Source of the DNA: Flavobacteriales bacterium
GTDB taxonomy: Bacteria > Bacteroidota > Bacteroidia > Flavobacteriales_F > PHOS-HE28
DNA: 64,000 nt
Assembly: GCA_013360395.1 (NCBI GenBank)
Contig: JABWBQ010000003.1
Coordinates: 18,011 to 82,010, forward strand
Reading direction: 5' to 3'
The notes under the pieces are model-generated. The model was given only the letters and a program-made list of their open reading frames with translations, was not told the DNA's origin and did not search any database. This document shows, piece by piece, positions 10,701-19,066 of the stretch. The position numbers were made by a program, and so were the translations under genes. How positions within the stretch are numbered: position 1 is the first letter of the stretch; each line of letters opens with the position of its first letter.

Positions 10701-11296
10701 TCGGGCACGCCCCGGATCTCCACCTTGTTGATCTCCGGCAGGTTCTCGATGCGGTCCTCCAGGTGCCGGGCATAACTGTGCAGCTGGTCCAGCGGGTAGT
10801 CGCCGCTGATGTTGATGTTCATCACCGGCATCAGCTCGCTGAAGTTCATCTCGAACACGTTGGGTTCGGCGGGCAGGTCGCGCGGGAAGTCGGCGTCGCC
10901 CCGGGCCTTGTCCACCGCATCCTTCACCTTGCGCAGGGCCTCGGTGGGGCTGATGTTGTAGTTGAACTTCACATTGATGCCCGAGTAGTTGGGCACACTG
11001 GTGCTTTTGATCTCATCGACCCCGCTGAGGGTGTTGATCTCCTTCTCCAGCGGCTTGGTGATGAGCTTCTCGATGTCCACCACCGAGCTGCTGTTGTACG
11101 GGGTGCCGATGAACACCTCGGGGGTCACCACCTCCGGGAAGCTCTCCTTGGGCATCACGATGTAGGAGCGGATGCCCACGATGCAGATGAGCAGCGTGAG
11201 GACGATGACCGTGGTGCGGTTGTTGACGGCCCAGGTGGTGATGGCGAACTGCCGTTCGGGGCCGTGGAGGTCCTTCTCGATGTCGTGTGCGTTCAT
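7751..11296 (-). CDS. RND efflux transporter permease (AcrB/CzcA superfamily, 1181 aa)
   Basis: The length and the 12-TM/large-loop pattern fit. Typical RND stretches are present: AITTWAVNNRTTVIVLTLLICIVGIRSY, GRLVDDGIVIVENIYRH, GVVVNNAIVLMDF. Confidence 0.95.
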   Translation of the reverse strand: MNAHDIEKDLHGPERQFAITTWAVNNRTTVIVLTLLICIVGIRSYIVMPKESFPEVVTPEVFIGTPYNSSSVVDIEKLITKPLEKEINTLSGVDEIKSTSVPNYSGINVKFNYNISPTEALRKVKDAVDKARGDADFPRDLPAEPNVFEMNFSELMPVMNINISGDYPLDQLHSYARHLEDRIENLPEINKVEIRGVPEREMRVSLDLARMEALELGFNDVAMALQMENLTLSGGELLVGDQRRAVRVIGEFKDAAQVRDIVVKNEFRREVRLGDIADVAFTYKEAESFAREYGKPVVMLDVIKRAGENLLTASDNINAIIAEDHGRVLPADLVITKTGDQSDQTRASVDELMNHIVLGVILVVGVLMLFLGLRNAVFVGLAIPMSMFISFTVLNAFGVTLNIMVLFSLILALGRLVDDGIVIVENIYRHMSNGEPPLKATRLAVGEVTLPISTATLATVMVFVPLLFWPGIMGAFMKWMPITFMIALGSSLFVALVVNPALASKFMRVNEAPPTMRRTWRTAGILMAVGTGLAALGLGVGVNAIFGLGTLAIFLGVLALVFTKWVVPATDWFQNSWLPRLEDRYERLLRYALAKRHPRTFLLGTVGLLLAAFVLIAVAPPKTLFFPVNEPQYINVFIEAPIGTDILKTDSVARIVEAQVMRVIDAPKYIEERTTTLPDGSTRTERVNKVVNSVITQVGRGTSDPGSGEMELSATPHKARIQISFVKYVDRHGIKTNDVLAELQQQVEGYPGVLVSVVKNADGPPVGKPVNIELTGDDIEGLLAEAERLKAFVASRNVPGVEALRIDIDRAKPEMPIHIDRAKARLFNVSTYAIADAIRTALFGKEVSTYRIDGDDDDYEINVRLKDEYRYDPQRLMDMKITFRDMLTGQIRQVPISAVATAERSSSFSAIKHKDLKRVVTVSSNVIAGYNNNQVVQQVKDELSSGFVLDDRFSMRFTGEQEDQAKDMGFLLTAFLVAIFIVFLIIVAQFNSISFPTVVLSTVVFSTIGVFLGLVVFRMEFVVMMTMLGIISLIGVVVNNAIVLMDFARLLYARGRRKLGLEEDGVLPIAESREALVLAGKTRLRPVLLTAVTAILGLLPLAVGLNFNFFTLFTELDPHLHMGGDNSIFWSPLSWAVIFGLTFATFLTLIMVPVMLLIIAKIKHRRWARRQARAPQSAATA

Positions 11297-11330
11297 GGCG
11301 GCTGCGTTGGAGGCTGGCGGGCGGAGGCGG

Positions 11331-12485
11331 TCAGTGGGCGATGCGCACCGCCTGGCCGTTGCTCACGTTGCGCGCACCCTCGGTGACCACCGGCACACCC
11401 TCGCGCAGGGCGCCCGCGGTGAGGGCTTCGATGCAGGTCATGCCCTTGTACTCGCTGGTGCGGCGCACGGGCAGCTTGACGGCGCGGGCCTCATCGCCGG
11501 GACCGGGCTCCAGGATGAACACGTAGGACCTACCGTCGAGGTCCTCGAGCACGGCGCTCGAAGGCACGGCGATGGCGCTGTCGATGCTGAGGTCCAGTAC
11601 ACTGATGTCGCTCAGCAGGTTGGGGTGGATGTAAGCGCCGCCGTCGGGCACATGGACCACGAGCTTGAAGGTGCGGTTGGCCGGGTCGATGTAGGCGCCG
11701 GTGTGGCCCACGCGGGCTTCGAGGACGGTGTCCAGGGCGGGGAAGGACACACGTGCCGGCGCCCCCTTGCGGATGCGGCCGAGGTAGCTCTCGGGCATGT
11801 CGGCCTCGAGCTGGGCGCCGGTGAGGTCCACCACGCGGGCGGCGGGCATCTGGGGTGCGGCCAGGTCGCCCACGCGCACCAGGATGTCGTCCACCACACC
11901 GTCGAAAGGTGCGGTGATGTTGCTCAGGCGCTGCTGTTCCTCGAGGGTCTCCACGCCGGCCTTGGCCTGCTCCATCTGGGCCTTGGCCTGCAGCCACTGC
12001 ATCTCGCTGCCGATCTGCTGCTTCCAAAGGCGGTCCTGCTTCTCGAAGGCGGTGCGGGCCAGGTCGTAGCCGGTGCGGGCCTGGGCGATCTGCTCGCGCA
12101 CGATGTCGTTGTCCAGGCTCACCAGCAGCTGCCCCTGGCGCACCCGGTCACCGGTGGCGACGTGCAGGGCACGCACGCGTCCGCCGGTCAGGGGATGCAG
12201 GTCCGCGGCACGGTCGGCCTTCACACTGCCGTGCACGTCCACGTAATGGTCGAAGCGCCCGACGTGCACGGGCATGGCCTTCACCAGGGGCAGGGTGCGG
12301 CGGCTGGTGCTGTCGTGGGCGGCGAGCCATTCCTCGATCTCGCGGATCCGCAGGCCGAGGGCATCGTATGCCTCCTTCAGCGAGTCGCGTTCGGCGCGTT
12401 TGCGGCCCAGTTCGCCGGTGGCCGGGGCGGCACCACAGGCGGCCATCAGGGCCGCCATCGTCATCAGCACGATCGTCTTTCTCAT
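11331..12485 (-). CDS. RND periplasmic adaptor (membrane fusion protein, HlyD family)
   Basis: Lipoprotein-like N-terminus (LMAACG), a coiled-coil segment, then beta-barrel motifs (ITAPFDGVVDDILVRVGD). It sits immediately upstream of the RND permease. Confidence 0.9.
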   Translation of the reverse strand: MRKTIVLMTMAALMAACGAAPATGELGRKRAERDSLKEAYDALGLRIREIEEWLAAHDSTSRRTLPLVKAMPVHVGRFDHYVDVHGSVKADRAADLHPLTGGRVRALHVATGDRVRQGQLLVSLDNDIVREQIAQARTGYDLARTAFEKQDRLWKQQIGSEMQWLQAKAQMEQAKAGVETLEEQQRLSNITAPFDGVVDDILVRVGDLAAPQMPAARVVDLTGAQLEADMPESYLGRIRKGAPARVSFPALDTVLEARVGHTGAYIDPANRTFKLVVHVPDGGAYIHPNLLSDISVLDLSIDSAIAVPSSAVLEDLDGRSYVFILEPGPGDEARAVKLPVRRTSEYKGMTCIEALTAGALREGVPVVTEGARNVSNGQAVRIAH

Positions 12486-12523
12486 GGGGATGGGCCGCCC
12501 GCGGGGCGGAGCGGTTCGTTGGT

Positions 12524-13840
12524 TCAGTAGAGGTCGAGGCTTCGGCGCAGGTCCACACGGGCCATCAGCAGCTCGGCCAGGCGTTGCACATAGAGCTGCT
12601 GGGCCTGCAGGTACTGGCCCTGGTCCTGGTTGAGCTCGAAGCTGCTGGCCAGGCCGTTGGTGAATTTGATGCTGGTGCGCTCGAAGATGCGGCGGGCCAG
12701 GTCCAGGCTCGCCAGCTCGCTGCGGTAGCTCTCCTCGGCCGCCAGCGCCTTCTCGGTGCGCTCGGCCGCCTCGGCCAGCAGGCGCTGTTCGGTGGCCTGG
12801 AGGTTCACCCGCGTCTGGTCCAGGGTGATGGTGGCCTGCTTCACGCGGTTGGCCCGCATGCCGCTGCTCCAGATGGGCACCGTGAGGTTCACGCCCCAGA
12901 TGGTCGCCGGGAACCAGTCGGTCTCCACGGGCCCGTTGGTGCCGAAGCTCTGCCGCTGGTGGCTCAGGAAACCGTGCAGCTTGGGCAGGTAGCCGGCCTT
13001 CTGGTTGCGCACGTCCATGGTCTGCAGGCGCACCAGGGTGCTGGCCAGCTGATGGTCGATGTGGGTGTTGAGGTCGATGGCGCGGGTCACCAGGTTCTTC
13101 TCCTCGGCATCGTCCACGATGGTGCGCAGGTCGTCGGTGAGGTCCAGGGGCGTGTCGGCGGCCACGCCCAGCACCAGGCGCAGGTAGGCCAGGGCCACCT
13201 TCTCCTGCTGGGCGAAGCTGCGGGCGCGGTCCTGTGCGCTGGCCTTGGCGATCGCCAGGCGGTCGGTGTCGGTGTTCTCCATGAAGCCCACCTGCACCAT
13301 GCCCTCGGCCTCGCGCAGGCTCTTCTCCAGCACGGGCACGGCCTCGGCGGCAAGGCGGGCGCCTTCGCGGGCGGCCAGCACGCCCAGGTAGGCCTTGGCG
13401 GCCTGGGCCATGGCGTCGGCCCGTGCCTTCTCCAGCTCCTGCTCGCTCTGCACCTTCAGCTCACGCGTGGCCGCCAGACCCACCAGGTAACTGCCGTCGA
13501 ACAGCAGCTGGCTCAGCTGGGCGGCGCCCGTCACGGTCCAGGGTACGCCGAACTGCACCTCCAGGAACTCGGGCTGCCCCCCGAAGAAGTTGGGCACCAC
13601 GCTGGTGGGCACATCGATGTAGTTGTTGAGACCGCCGGTGACCTCCACTTGCGGCAGGCCGATGGCCAGCACCTCCCGCACCCGGGCGCGGGCCTTTTCC
13701 GCGGCCAGCTCGCTGTTGCGCACGGCGTAGCTCTGCCGGGCGGCCAGGTCCAGGGCCTGTTGCAGGCTCAATGCCATGGGGCCTTGGGCGGCGGCGGTCA
13801 GCGCACAGGCCAGGACCGCGAGGGTGGGCAGGGTTCTCAT
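12524..13840 (-). CDS. TolC-family outer membrane efflux protein
   Basis: Signal peptide MRTLPTLAVLACALTAAAQ. Two-repeat TolC architecture (LSLQQALDLAARQSYAVRNSELA..., LLMARVDLRRSLDLY). First gene after TetR in the efflux operon. Confidence 0.9.
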   Translation of the reverse strand: MRTLPTLAVLACALTAAAQGPMALSLQQALDLAARQSYAVRNSELAAEKARARVREVLAIGLPQVEVTGGLNNYIDVPTSVVPNFFGGQPEFLEVQFGVPWTVTGAAQLSQLLFDGSYLVGLAATRELKVQSEQELEKARADAMAQAAKAYLGVLAAREGARLAAEAVPVLEKSLREAEGMVQVGFMENTDTDRLAIAKASAQDRARSFAQQEKVALAYLRLVLGVAADTPLDLTDDLRTIVDDAEEKNLVTRAIDLNTHIDHQLASTLVRLQTMDVRNQKAGYLPKLHGFLSHQRQSFGTNGPVETDWFPATIWGVNLTVPIWSSGMRANRVKQATITLDQTRVNLQATEQRLLAEAAERTEKALAAEESYRSELASLDLARRIFERTSIKFTNGLASSFELNQDQGQYLQAQQLYVQRLAELLMARVDLRRSLDLY

Positions 13841-14454
13841 CAGGCTTGCGGGTTCTTGGCTTTCTTATCCAGGTAGGCGATCCCCTTCCTGCTCGCGATG
13901 CCGCGGAAATGGTAGTCCAGATGCTTCCACAGCACATCGGGCAGGCTGAAGCTTTCGGCGGGGAACACGTGGCCGTCCCAGGTGGCGTCCACGCGGGCCA
14001 GGTACAGGCGGGTGATCACCTCCACATCGAGGTCCTCCCGGTACAGGCCCTCCCGGATCCCCTTCCTCAGGTTGGCGGCAAGGCAGCGGTGCACGTCCTT
14101 CTTCTCGCAGGTATCCAGGATGGCCCAGGCCTTGGGATGGTACTTTTGCAGGTCGTATTGCACGCTGGGGTGCATGCCGCCCACCTGGGCAACCAGGAAG
14201 CGGGTGATCTCCATGTGCTCCTCGATGGCGTTGAGCCCCTTGGCGCAGATCGCATCGATGCTGCTGCGATGATGGCCGCACACGGCGCTCACCACCTGCT
14301 CCACCAGGTCGTTCTTGTCGGAGAAGTGCTCGTAGAGCGTCTTCTTGCTCATGCGCAGCTGCCCCGCGACCTCGTCCATGGTCAAGCTCTTGATGCCCAG
14401 GCGCATGAACAGCTTGAGCACGTGTTCCAGGATCTCTTTTTTCCGCAGGTCCAT
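13840..14454 (-). CDS. TetR/AcrR family transcriptional regulator
   Basis: N-terminal HTH ILEHVLKLFMRLGIKSLTMDEVAGQLRMSKKTLYEHFSDKNDLV. Its stop overlaps the TolC start by 1 nt (TGATG-like junction). I chose the ATG at 14454. Confidence 0.85.
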   Translation of the reverse strand: MDLRKKEILEHVLKLFMRLGIKSLTMDEVAGQLRMSKKTLYEHFSDKNDLVEQVVSAVCGHHRSSIDAICAKGLNAIEEHMEITRFLVAQVGGMHPSVQYDLQKYHPKAWAILDTCEKKDVHRCLAANLRKGIREGLYREDLDVEVITRLYLARVDATWDGHVFPAESFSLPDVLWKHLDYHFRGIASRKGIAYLDKKAKNPQA

Positions 14455-14574
14455 CGGGCGTGTCGCCGGCTCCCCGGCCGAAAGCGGGCGCAAACGTAGG
14501 AAACTTTGGAAACGCGGAAATACATTTTTCGTTTCCGATGTGACGAGCGGTGAACGGACCGGATGAGCGGGAGG

Positions 14575-14900
14575 TGAAGTGGTCGGAAAAACCGGACAGG
14601 AATTGGGCTCGACCTACATTCCTGACCGATGACCAGAAGAGCCCGACGGAAGTTCACCGCCATCTTCAAGACGGAGGTGGTCCTGGAGGCGCTCAAGGAG
14701 CGCAAGTCGATCAGCGCGCCGACCCAGCAGTTCGACCTGCACCCCGACCAGATCAGCGTTTGGAAGAAGGAGTTCCTGGCCGGGACGAGCAAGGTGCCCC
14801 AGGAGCCGGGCGACCGCGAACGGGAGAGCCTGGAGCAGGAACGCGACCAGTTGCTCCGGCAGATCGGGAAGCTGCAGGTGGAGAACGACTTTCAAAAAAA
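14575..14900 (+). mobile_element. IS3-family insertion sequence remnant (left end plus orfA only; DDE orfB missing)
   Basis: TGAAGTGGTCGG... at 14575 looks like an IS3/IS911-type terminal inverted repeat. The ORF from 14629 reads RRKFTAIFKTEVVLEALKERKSISAPTQQFDLHPDQISVWKKEFL...LLRQIGKLQVENDFQKK (OrfA HTH plus leucine zipper). It ends at an A7 run (14894-14900), which is the classic IS3 -1 frameshift site. Nothing transposase-like follows in any frame. Confidence 0.6.
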
Positions 14901-15112
14901 TGAGTGGTGGGGAATACCGCGCCGATCCGTGTCCGGTGGACCCGGCCTGTGCATCGCGCAAGCACGCACGGCACCGGTCCGCGTTGCACACCGCCGCACA
15001 CATCGTTCAGTCGCGCCTGTGCGGATATGCCAAAGGCCTCCGCCACAGGATGGCCGGTTCGGCTGGTGAAGCGTACTTCCGCGCTTCCGGGGCTTCGTTG
15101 AACAGTGCTCGC

Positions 15113-17182
15113 CTACGCTCGTTCCGAGCTACAGCGAACGAAGTACATCTCCATCTCGCCCTTGCCCTTGGCCTGCACTTTGCCGCGCGGGGTGAACGTG
15201 AGGCCGGTCTCGTTCTTCACCAGCACATACGTCGCTTCGCTGATGTTCACCTGGCCCACTTCGCCGGAAGATTCCATGCGGCTGGCGGTGTTCACGGTAT
15301 CGCCCCAGATGTCGTACTGGAACTTCTTCACGCCCACGATGCCGGCGACCACCGGGCCGGTGTGCACCCCGATGCGGATCTCGAAGTAGGGTTTGCCCGC
15401 CTCGATCTTCCGCTGCTTGCCTTCTTCGATGAAGTCGCGCATCTCCAGGGCAGCATTGATCGTGTCCACGGCGTGCGTGGTGTTGGCCAAAGGGAGACCA
15501 CCCGCCGCCATGTAGGCATCACCGATGGTCTTGATCTTCTCGATCCCGTACTTCTCCGTGATCTTGTCGAAGGCGCTGAAGCACTCGTTGAGGTCGCGCA
15601 CCAGTTCGCGTGGCGTAAGGTTCTCGCTCAGCGACGTGAAGCCTTTGAAGTCCGTGAACAGCACGGTGACCTGATCGATCTGCACAGCCTGAGCCTCGCC
15701 CTTCGCCTTCAATTCCTCGGCCACCTCTTCCGGCAGGATGTTGAGGAGCAATTCCTCGCTGCGTGCCTTTTCCTTGCTGATGCGGTTGCGCTGGATGAAG
15801 AAGACGAGGGCGAAGAGGGCCACGAGGGCGAAGCCGCCCACGAAGCCGTTGCGGATCACCTTCTGCTTCTGGATCTCCTTGGCCTGCACGGCTTTCTCGG
15901 CCACGAAACCGAGACTGTCGGCGAGCGCTTGTTTCTCGTAGTTGCGACGTAGGTCGAAGCCGATCACGGCCCGTTGGTTCTCCTCGGTGTTCAGGCTGTC
16001 CTGCAGTCGCGCGAAGAGCAATTGGGCCTCCAGCGCCTCCCGGTACTTCCCTGCGCGGTGGTAGACTTTCGCCAGCAACCCCGCCGCATCGCGCATGGGT
16101 GTGATGATGCCGTGTTCCCTGGCCAAAGCGAGCGCCTCCTCACCACGCCTGGCGGCTTCCTCCGGCTGGCCCATTTCGAACAGGACCTCCCCTTCATTCG
16201 TGAGCAGCTGGCTGCGACTCCATGGATCCCCGGTCCTCCCGGTGTGTCCGAGTCCTTCGCGGAACGCGGCCAAGGCACGTTGATGCTGGCCGGCCTTCGC
16301 GTACAGCTCGCCGATCTTGATGAGCGCCGAGGCCATGTTGTGCGCGTCATCGATGCTTTGCGCGAGCCGCAAGCCCTCGTTCAGACTGGACAGGGCTTGC
16401 GCCGTATCGCCTATCTCATTGTAAGCTCCTCCGATGTTCAGCAAAGCGGTGATCAGGTTCGGGACATCGTTCCGTTCGCGCTGGATGTTGGCGGCCATCC
16501 TGAAGTGACCGAGCGCCTTCTCATATTCGCCTTGCTTGGCGTACACCGTGCCCAGATTGCCTTCGGTGTTGGCCATGGCAGCGCTATCGCCGAGCGACCC
16601 GGAATGCTTCAGCGCCATGCGGTAGGCGTCGAGCGCGCGGTGTAGATCCCCTTGTTCCAGGTACGTGCTGCCCAGGCTGTTGTGCGCATTGGCCAATTGC
16701 AGAGTATCGCGCAACGCGGACTGTATGCGGATCGCGCGCGCCAGGACCACCAGCGCCGAGTCGTACAAGGCTCCGCGGGTGAGAAAAGTCCCCATGTTGC
16801 CGAGCGTCGCGGCCAACGTTGAGCTATCGCCGATGGCCTCGAACATGGGCAGCGTCCTGGCGCTGTACTCCGCGGCTTTCAAGGGTTGGCCACGCACATA
16901 CCAGGTGATGCCTTGCAGGTCGAGCGCCTTGGCCGCCCAGTGCTCCTGCCCAGGACCGAGCGCGCTGTGCTGCATGCCTTGCGCAAGGAGGAATGCGGTA
17001 TCGGGCCGGGTGAAGAGGAAGTTGTCCCAGATCCAATTGTAGTAGCCGTCGAAATACGTGCTGTCCGGCAGCGATGCGCGGTCAGGGGGCGGAGGGATGG
17101 CCGCCGACTGGCCCGATGCGAAATGCAGTGATGCAATGAATACGAGCACCGCAGCCAGCCGCAGGTTGAAGAGCGTGCTCAT
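15113..17182 (-). CDS. TPR-repeat sensor with a C-terminal class III adenylate/guanylate cyclase domain (689 aa)
   Basis: Signal peptide, about 9 TPR-like units (LGSTYLEQGDLHRALDAYRMAL, LGTVYAKQGEYEKALGHFRMA ...), one TM helix (FVGGFALVALFALVFFI), then the cyclase core VTVLFTDFKGFT...GDAYMAAGG...IRIGVHTGPVVAGIVG..YDIWGDTVNTASRMES. The start overlaps the upstream stop (ATGA). Confidence 0.9.
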   Translation of the reverse strand: MSTLFNLRLAAVLVFIASLHFASGQSAAIPPPPDRASLPDSTYFDGYYNWIWDNFLFTRPDTAFLLAQGMQHSALGPGQEHWAAKALDLQGITWYVRGQPLKAAEYSARTLPMFEAIGDSSTLAATLGNMGTFLTRGALYDSALVVLARAIRIQSALRDTLQLANAHNSLGSTYLEQGDLHRALDAYRMALKHSGSLGDSAAMANTEGNLGTVYAKQGEYEKALGHFRMAANIQRERNDVPNLITALLNIGGAYNEIGDTAQALSSLNEGLRLAQSIDDAHNMASALIKIGELYAKAGQHQRALAAFREGLGHTGRTGDPWSRSQLLTNEGEVLFEMGQPEEAARRGEEALALAREHGIITPMRDAAGLLAKVYHRAGKYREALEAQLLFARLQDSLNTEENQRAVIGFDLRRNYEKQALADSLGFVAEKAVQAKEIQKQKVIRNGFVGGFALVALFALVFFIQRNRISKEKARSEELLLNILPEEVAEELKAKGEAQAVQIDQVTVLFTDFKGFTSLSENLTPRELVRDLNECFSAFDKITEKYGIEKIKTIGDAYMAAGGLPLANTTHAVDTINAALEMRDFIEEGKQRKIEAGKPYFEIRIGVHTGPVVAGIVGVKKFQYDIWGDTVNTASRMESSGEVGQVNISEATYVLVKNETGLTFTPRGKVQAKGKGEMEMYFVRCSSERA

Positions 17183-18915
17183 TCCGCGATGGAACTTTCG
17201 ATCGTATTCAACCGCTCCAGCAGTTGCTGGATGAGCACACGCTGCTCATCGATCAACATTTGCTGCTCCTGAACGGCCTTCACCAAGGGTACGACGAATT
17301 CGGCGTAGCGCAGCCCAAGCATGCGGTCGCTATCGGTCACCTTGTCCACGCCGCTGAAATCATAGCCGACCGCTTTCGCCGCGGAATCCACTTCCTGGGC
17401 GATGAAGCCGGTATAGCGGATGGTCTCCTTCTCGCGCCGCGCCTGAAGGATCTCCTCGGGTTGCTCGCGTGGGATGCGACGTCCGAGTGAGTCCAGGGTG
17501 CTGTCTTCACCAAGGTCTTGTACGATACGGGCCACATCCACGTGGTAGGTAACCGGGCGCAGCTTGAGGATGAAGTCGAGGCCGCTCACATCCTCACGCA
17601 CATCGCGTTTGTAGCGCGCATCGCTGGGCAGCGTCGTCCAACCGGCATACCCGCCGATGCTCGTAACGGCATTGTTGCCCAACCGTACGCGGTTGCTGCC
17701 ATCGAGCGCGGTGCCGTAGCCGAGCGCGGTCGCATTGGTGTAGCCCGCTGCGTTCTGCACGATGTTCGCACCAACGATGGTGCTGTTGGCGGTTCCTGAC
17801 AAACCAGCTTGGTACCCGATGGTCGTGTTGTAGTTCTGGTTCGTGATGCCGATGCCGGCCTGGTAACCCACCGCGGTATTGTAGTCGCCCGTGACAGTGG
17901 AATTCACCCCGATCGCTTGGAAGCCGACAGCCGTGTTGTTCACACCGACCGTATTGTTCCACAAGGCGAACGCGCCGACAGCGGTGTTGTCACCCCCGGT
18001 GGTGTTGTCCTCCAGCGCTTCGGTGCCAACGGCCACATTGTAAATACCCGATGTATTGGCGAACAGCGCCGTACTCCCCACAGCCGTGTTCCCGTCGGCC
18101 ACGTTCGTGTACAGCGCGCTGCTGCCAACGGCCGTGTTCCCCGCGCCCAGCACGTTCACCCGAAGGGCATCGCTGCCTACCGCGGTATTGTCCGCTCCCG
18201 TGCCGTTGAAGAGCATCGCCTCGGAACCCACGGCGGTGTTGTCACTTGCCACGGTGACGTTCATAGCACGGAAGCCCACCGCGGTGTTGTTGCTGGTGCT
18301 CAGGTTCAGGTTCAAGGCCTGGCTGCCCAGGGCGGTGTTCTGGCCGCCCGTGGTGTTGGTGGCCAGCGCCTGGCTGCCCAGGGCGGTGTTATTGTTCGCC
18401 GTGGTATTGGCCGTGAGCGCGTTCTTGCCGACGGCCGTGTTGTTGGTGCCCGTGTTCACCATCAGTGCGCGATGGCCCCAGGACGTGGTGGTGCCGGACG
18501 GTGTGAGGAAGCCGCTGCGCTCGTTGTCCACGCGCACCTCCAACTGGTTGTTGTCCGTGGTGCCCAGGAAGTTGGTGCCGAGCGCCATGCCCGCATTCCC
18601 GGTCGTGCTCCAGCCTGTCGAGGCATTCAGTAGCGGTACCCACGCAGTGCTGTTGAAGTACCAGAAGCCGTTCGTGCTGCTGTCGAAGACCAACAGTCCC
18701 GTGGCCGGGGCGGCGATCGCCGTGCGCTCGGCCGTGGTCATGCGTGGTATCAGCAGCCCGCGTTTGGCGTTGGCCGGCAGGGCGGCAGCGCTCACATCGA
18801 GCAAGGCCGAACCATCCGGCGCCGATCCATCGACATTGATCCCGATGTTCTGCGCCCGGGTACCGCACACGAACGTGCACGCGAATAGCACAACAATGGC
18901 GGCCTTTTGGACCAT
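17179..18915 (-). CDS. tail-fibre-like surface protein with NTAxG repeats and a C-terminal S74 intramolecular-chaperone domain (F1)
   Basis: Signal peptide MVQKAAIVVLFACTFVCGTRAQ. Many NTA(V/L)G..AL repeats. C-terminus [54 protein letters not shown] is the endosialidase-chaperone (peptidase S74) pattern. I chose the ATG at 18915 because the 18936 ATG falls inside the predicted promoter spacer. Confidence 0.85.
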   Translation of the reverse strand: MVQKAAIVVLFACTFVCGTRAQNIGINVDGSAPDGSALLDVSAAALPANAKRGLLIPRMTTAERTAIAAPATGLLVFDSSTNGFWYFNSTAWVPLLNASTGWSTTGNAGMALGTNFLGTTDNNQLEVRVDNERSGFLTPSGTTTSWGHRALMVNTGTNNTAVGKNALTANTTANNNTALGSQALATNTTGGQNTALGSQALNLNLSTSNNTAVGFRAMNVTVASDNTAVGSEAMLFNGTGADNTAVGSDALRVNVLGAGNTAVGSSALYTNVADGNTAVGSTALFANTSGIYNVAVGTEALEDNTTGGDNTAVGAFALWNNTVGVNNTAVGFQAIGVNSTVTGDYNTAVGYQAGIGITNQNYNTTIGYQAGLSGTANSTIVGANIVQNAAGYTNATALGYGTALDGSNRVRLGNNAVTSIGGYAGWTTLPSDARYKRDVREDVSGLDFILKLRPVTYHVDVARIVQDLGEDSTLDSLGRRIPREQPEEILQARREKETIRYTGFIAQEVDSAAKAVGYDFSGVDKVTDSDRMLGLRYAEFVVPLVKAVQEQQMLIDEQRVLIQQLLERLNTIESSIAE

Positions 18916-18950
18916 GACCCAAAGCACCGCATCCATGCGGCAGCGTGCAA

Positions 18951-18966
18951 TAACCCGTGCGGGTTA
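18951..18966 (-). promoter_or_regulatory. 7-2-7 palindrome TAACCCG-TG-CGGGTTA (site 1), putative LuxR/NarL-type operator fused to a promoter
   Basis: Perfect inverted repeat. On the gene strand it reads GGGTTATTG - N20 - GTGCTTTG - N4 - ATG(18915), which matches Bacteroidota -33 TTG / -7 TAnnTTTG geometry. Confidence 0.55.
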
Positions 18967-19066
18967 GAACGCAATGCCGGACCCCCGGCACCCGTTTGGT
19001 CGCCAGGGGTCCGGTTGCAGGAGGCTCGCCGGGTAGGATCCGGCATTTGCCCTGCTCGACGTGTGA

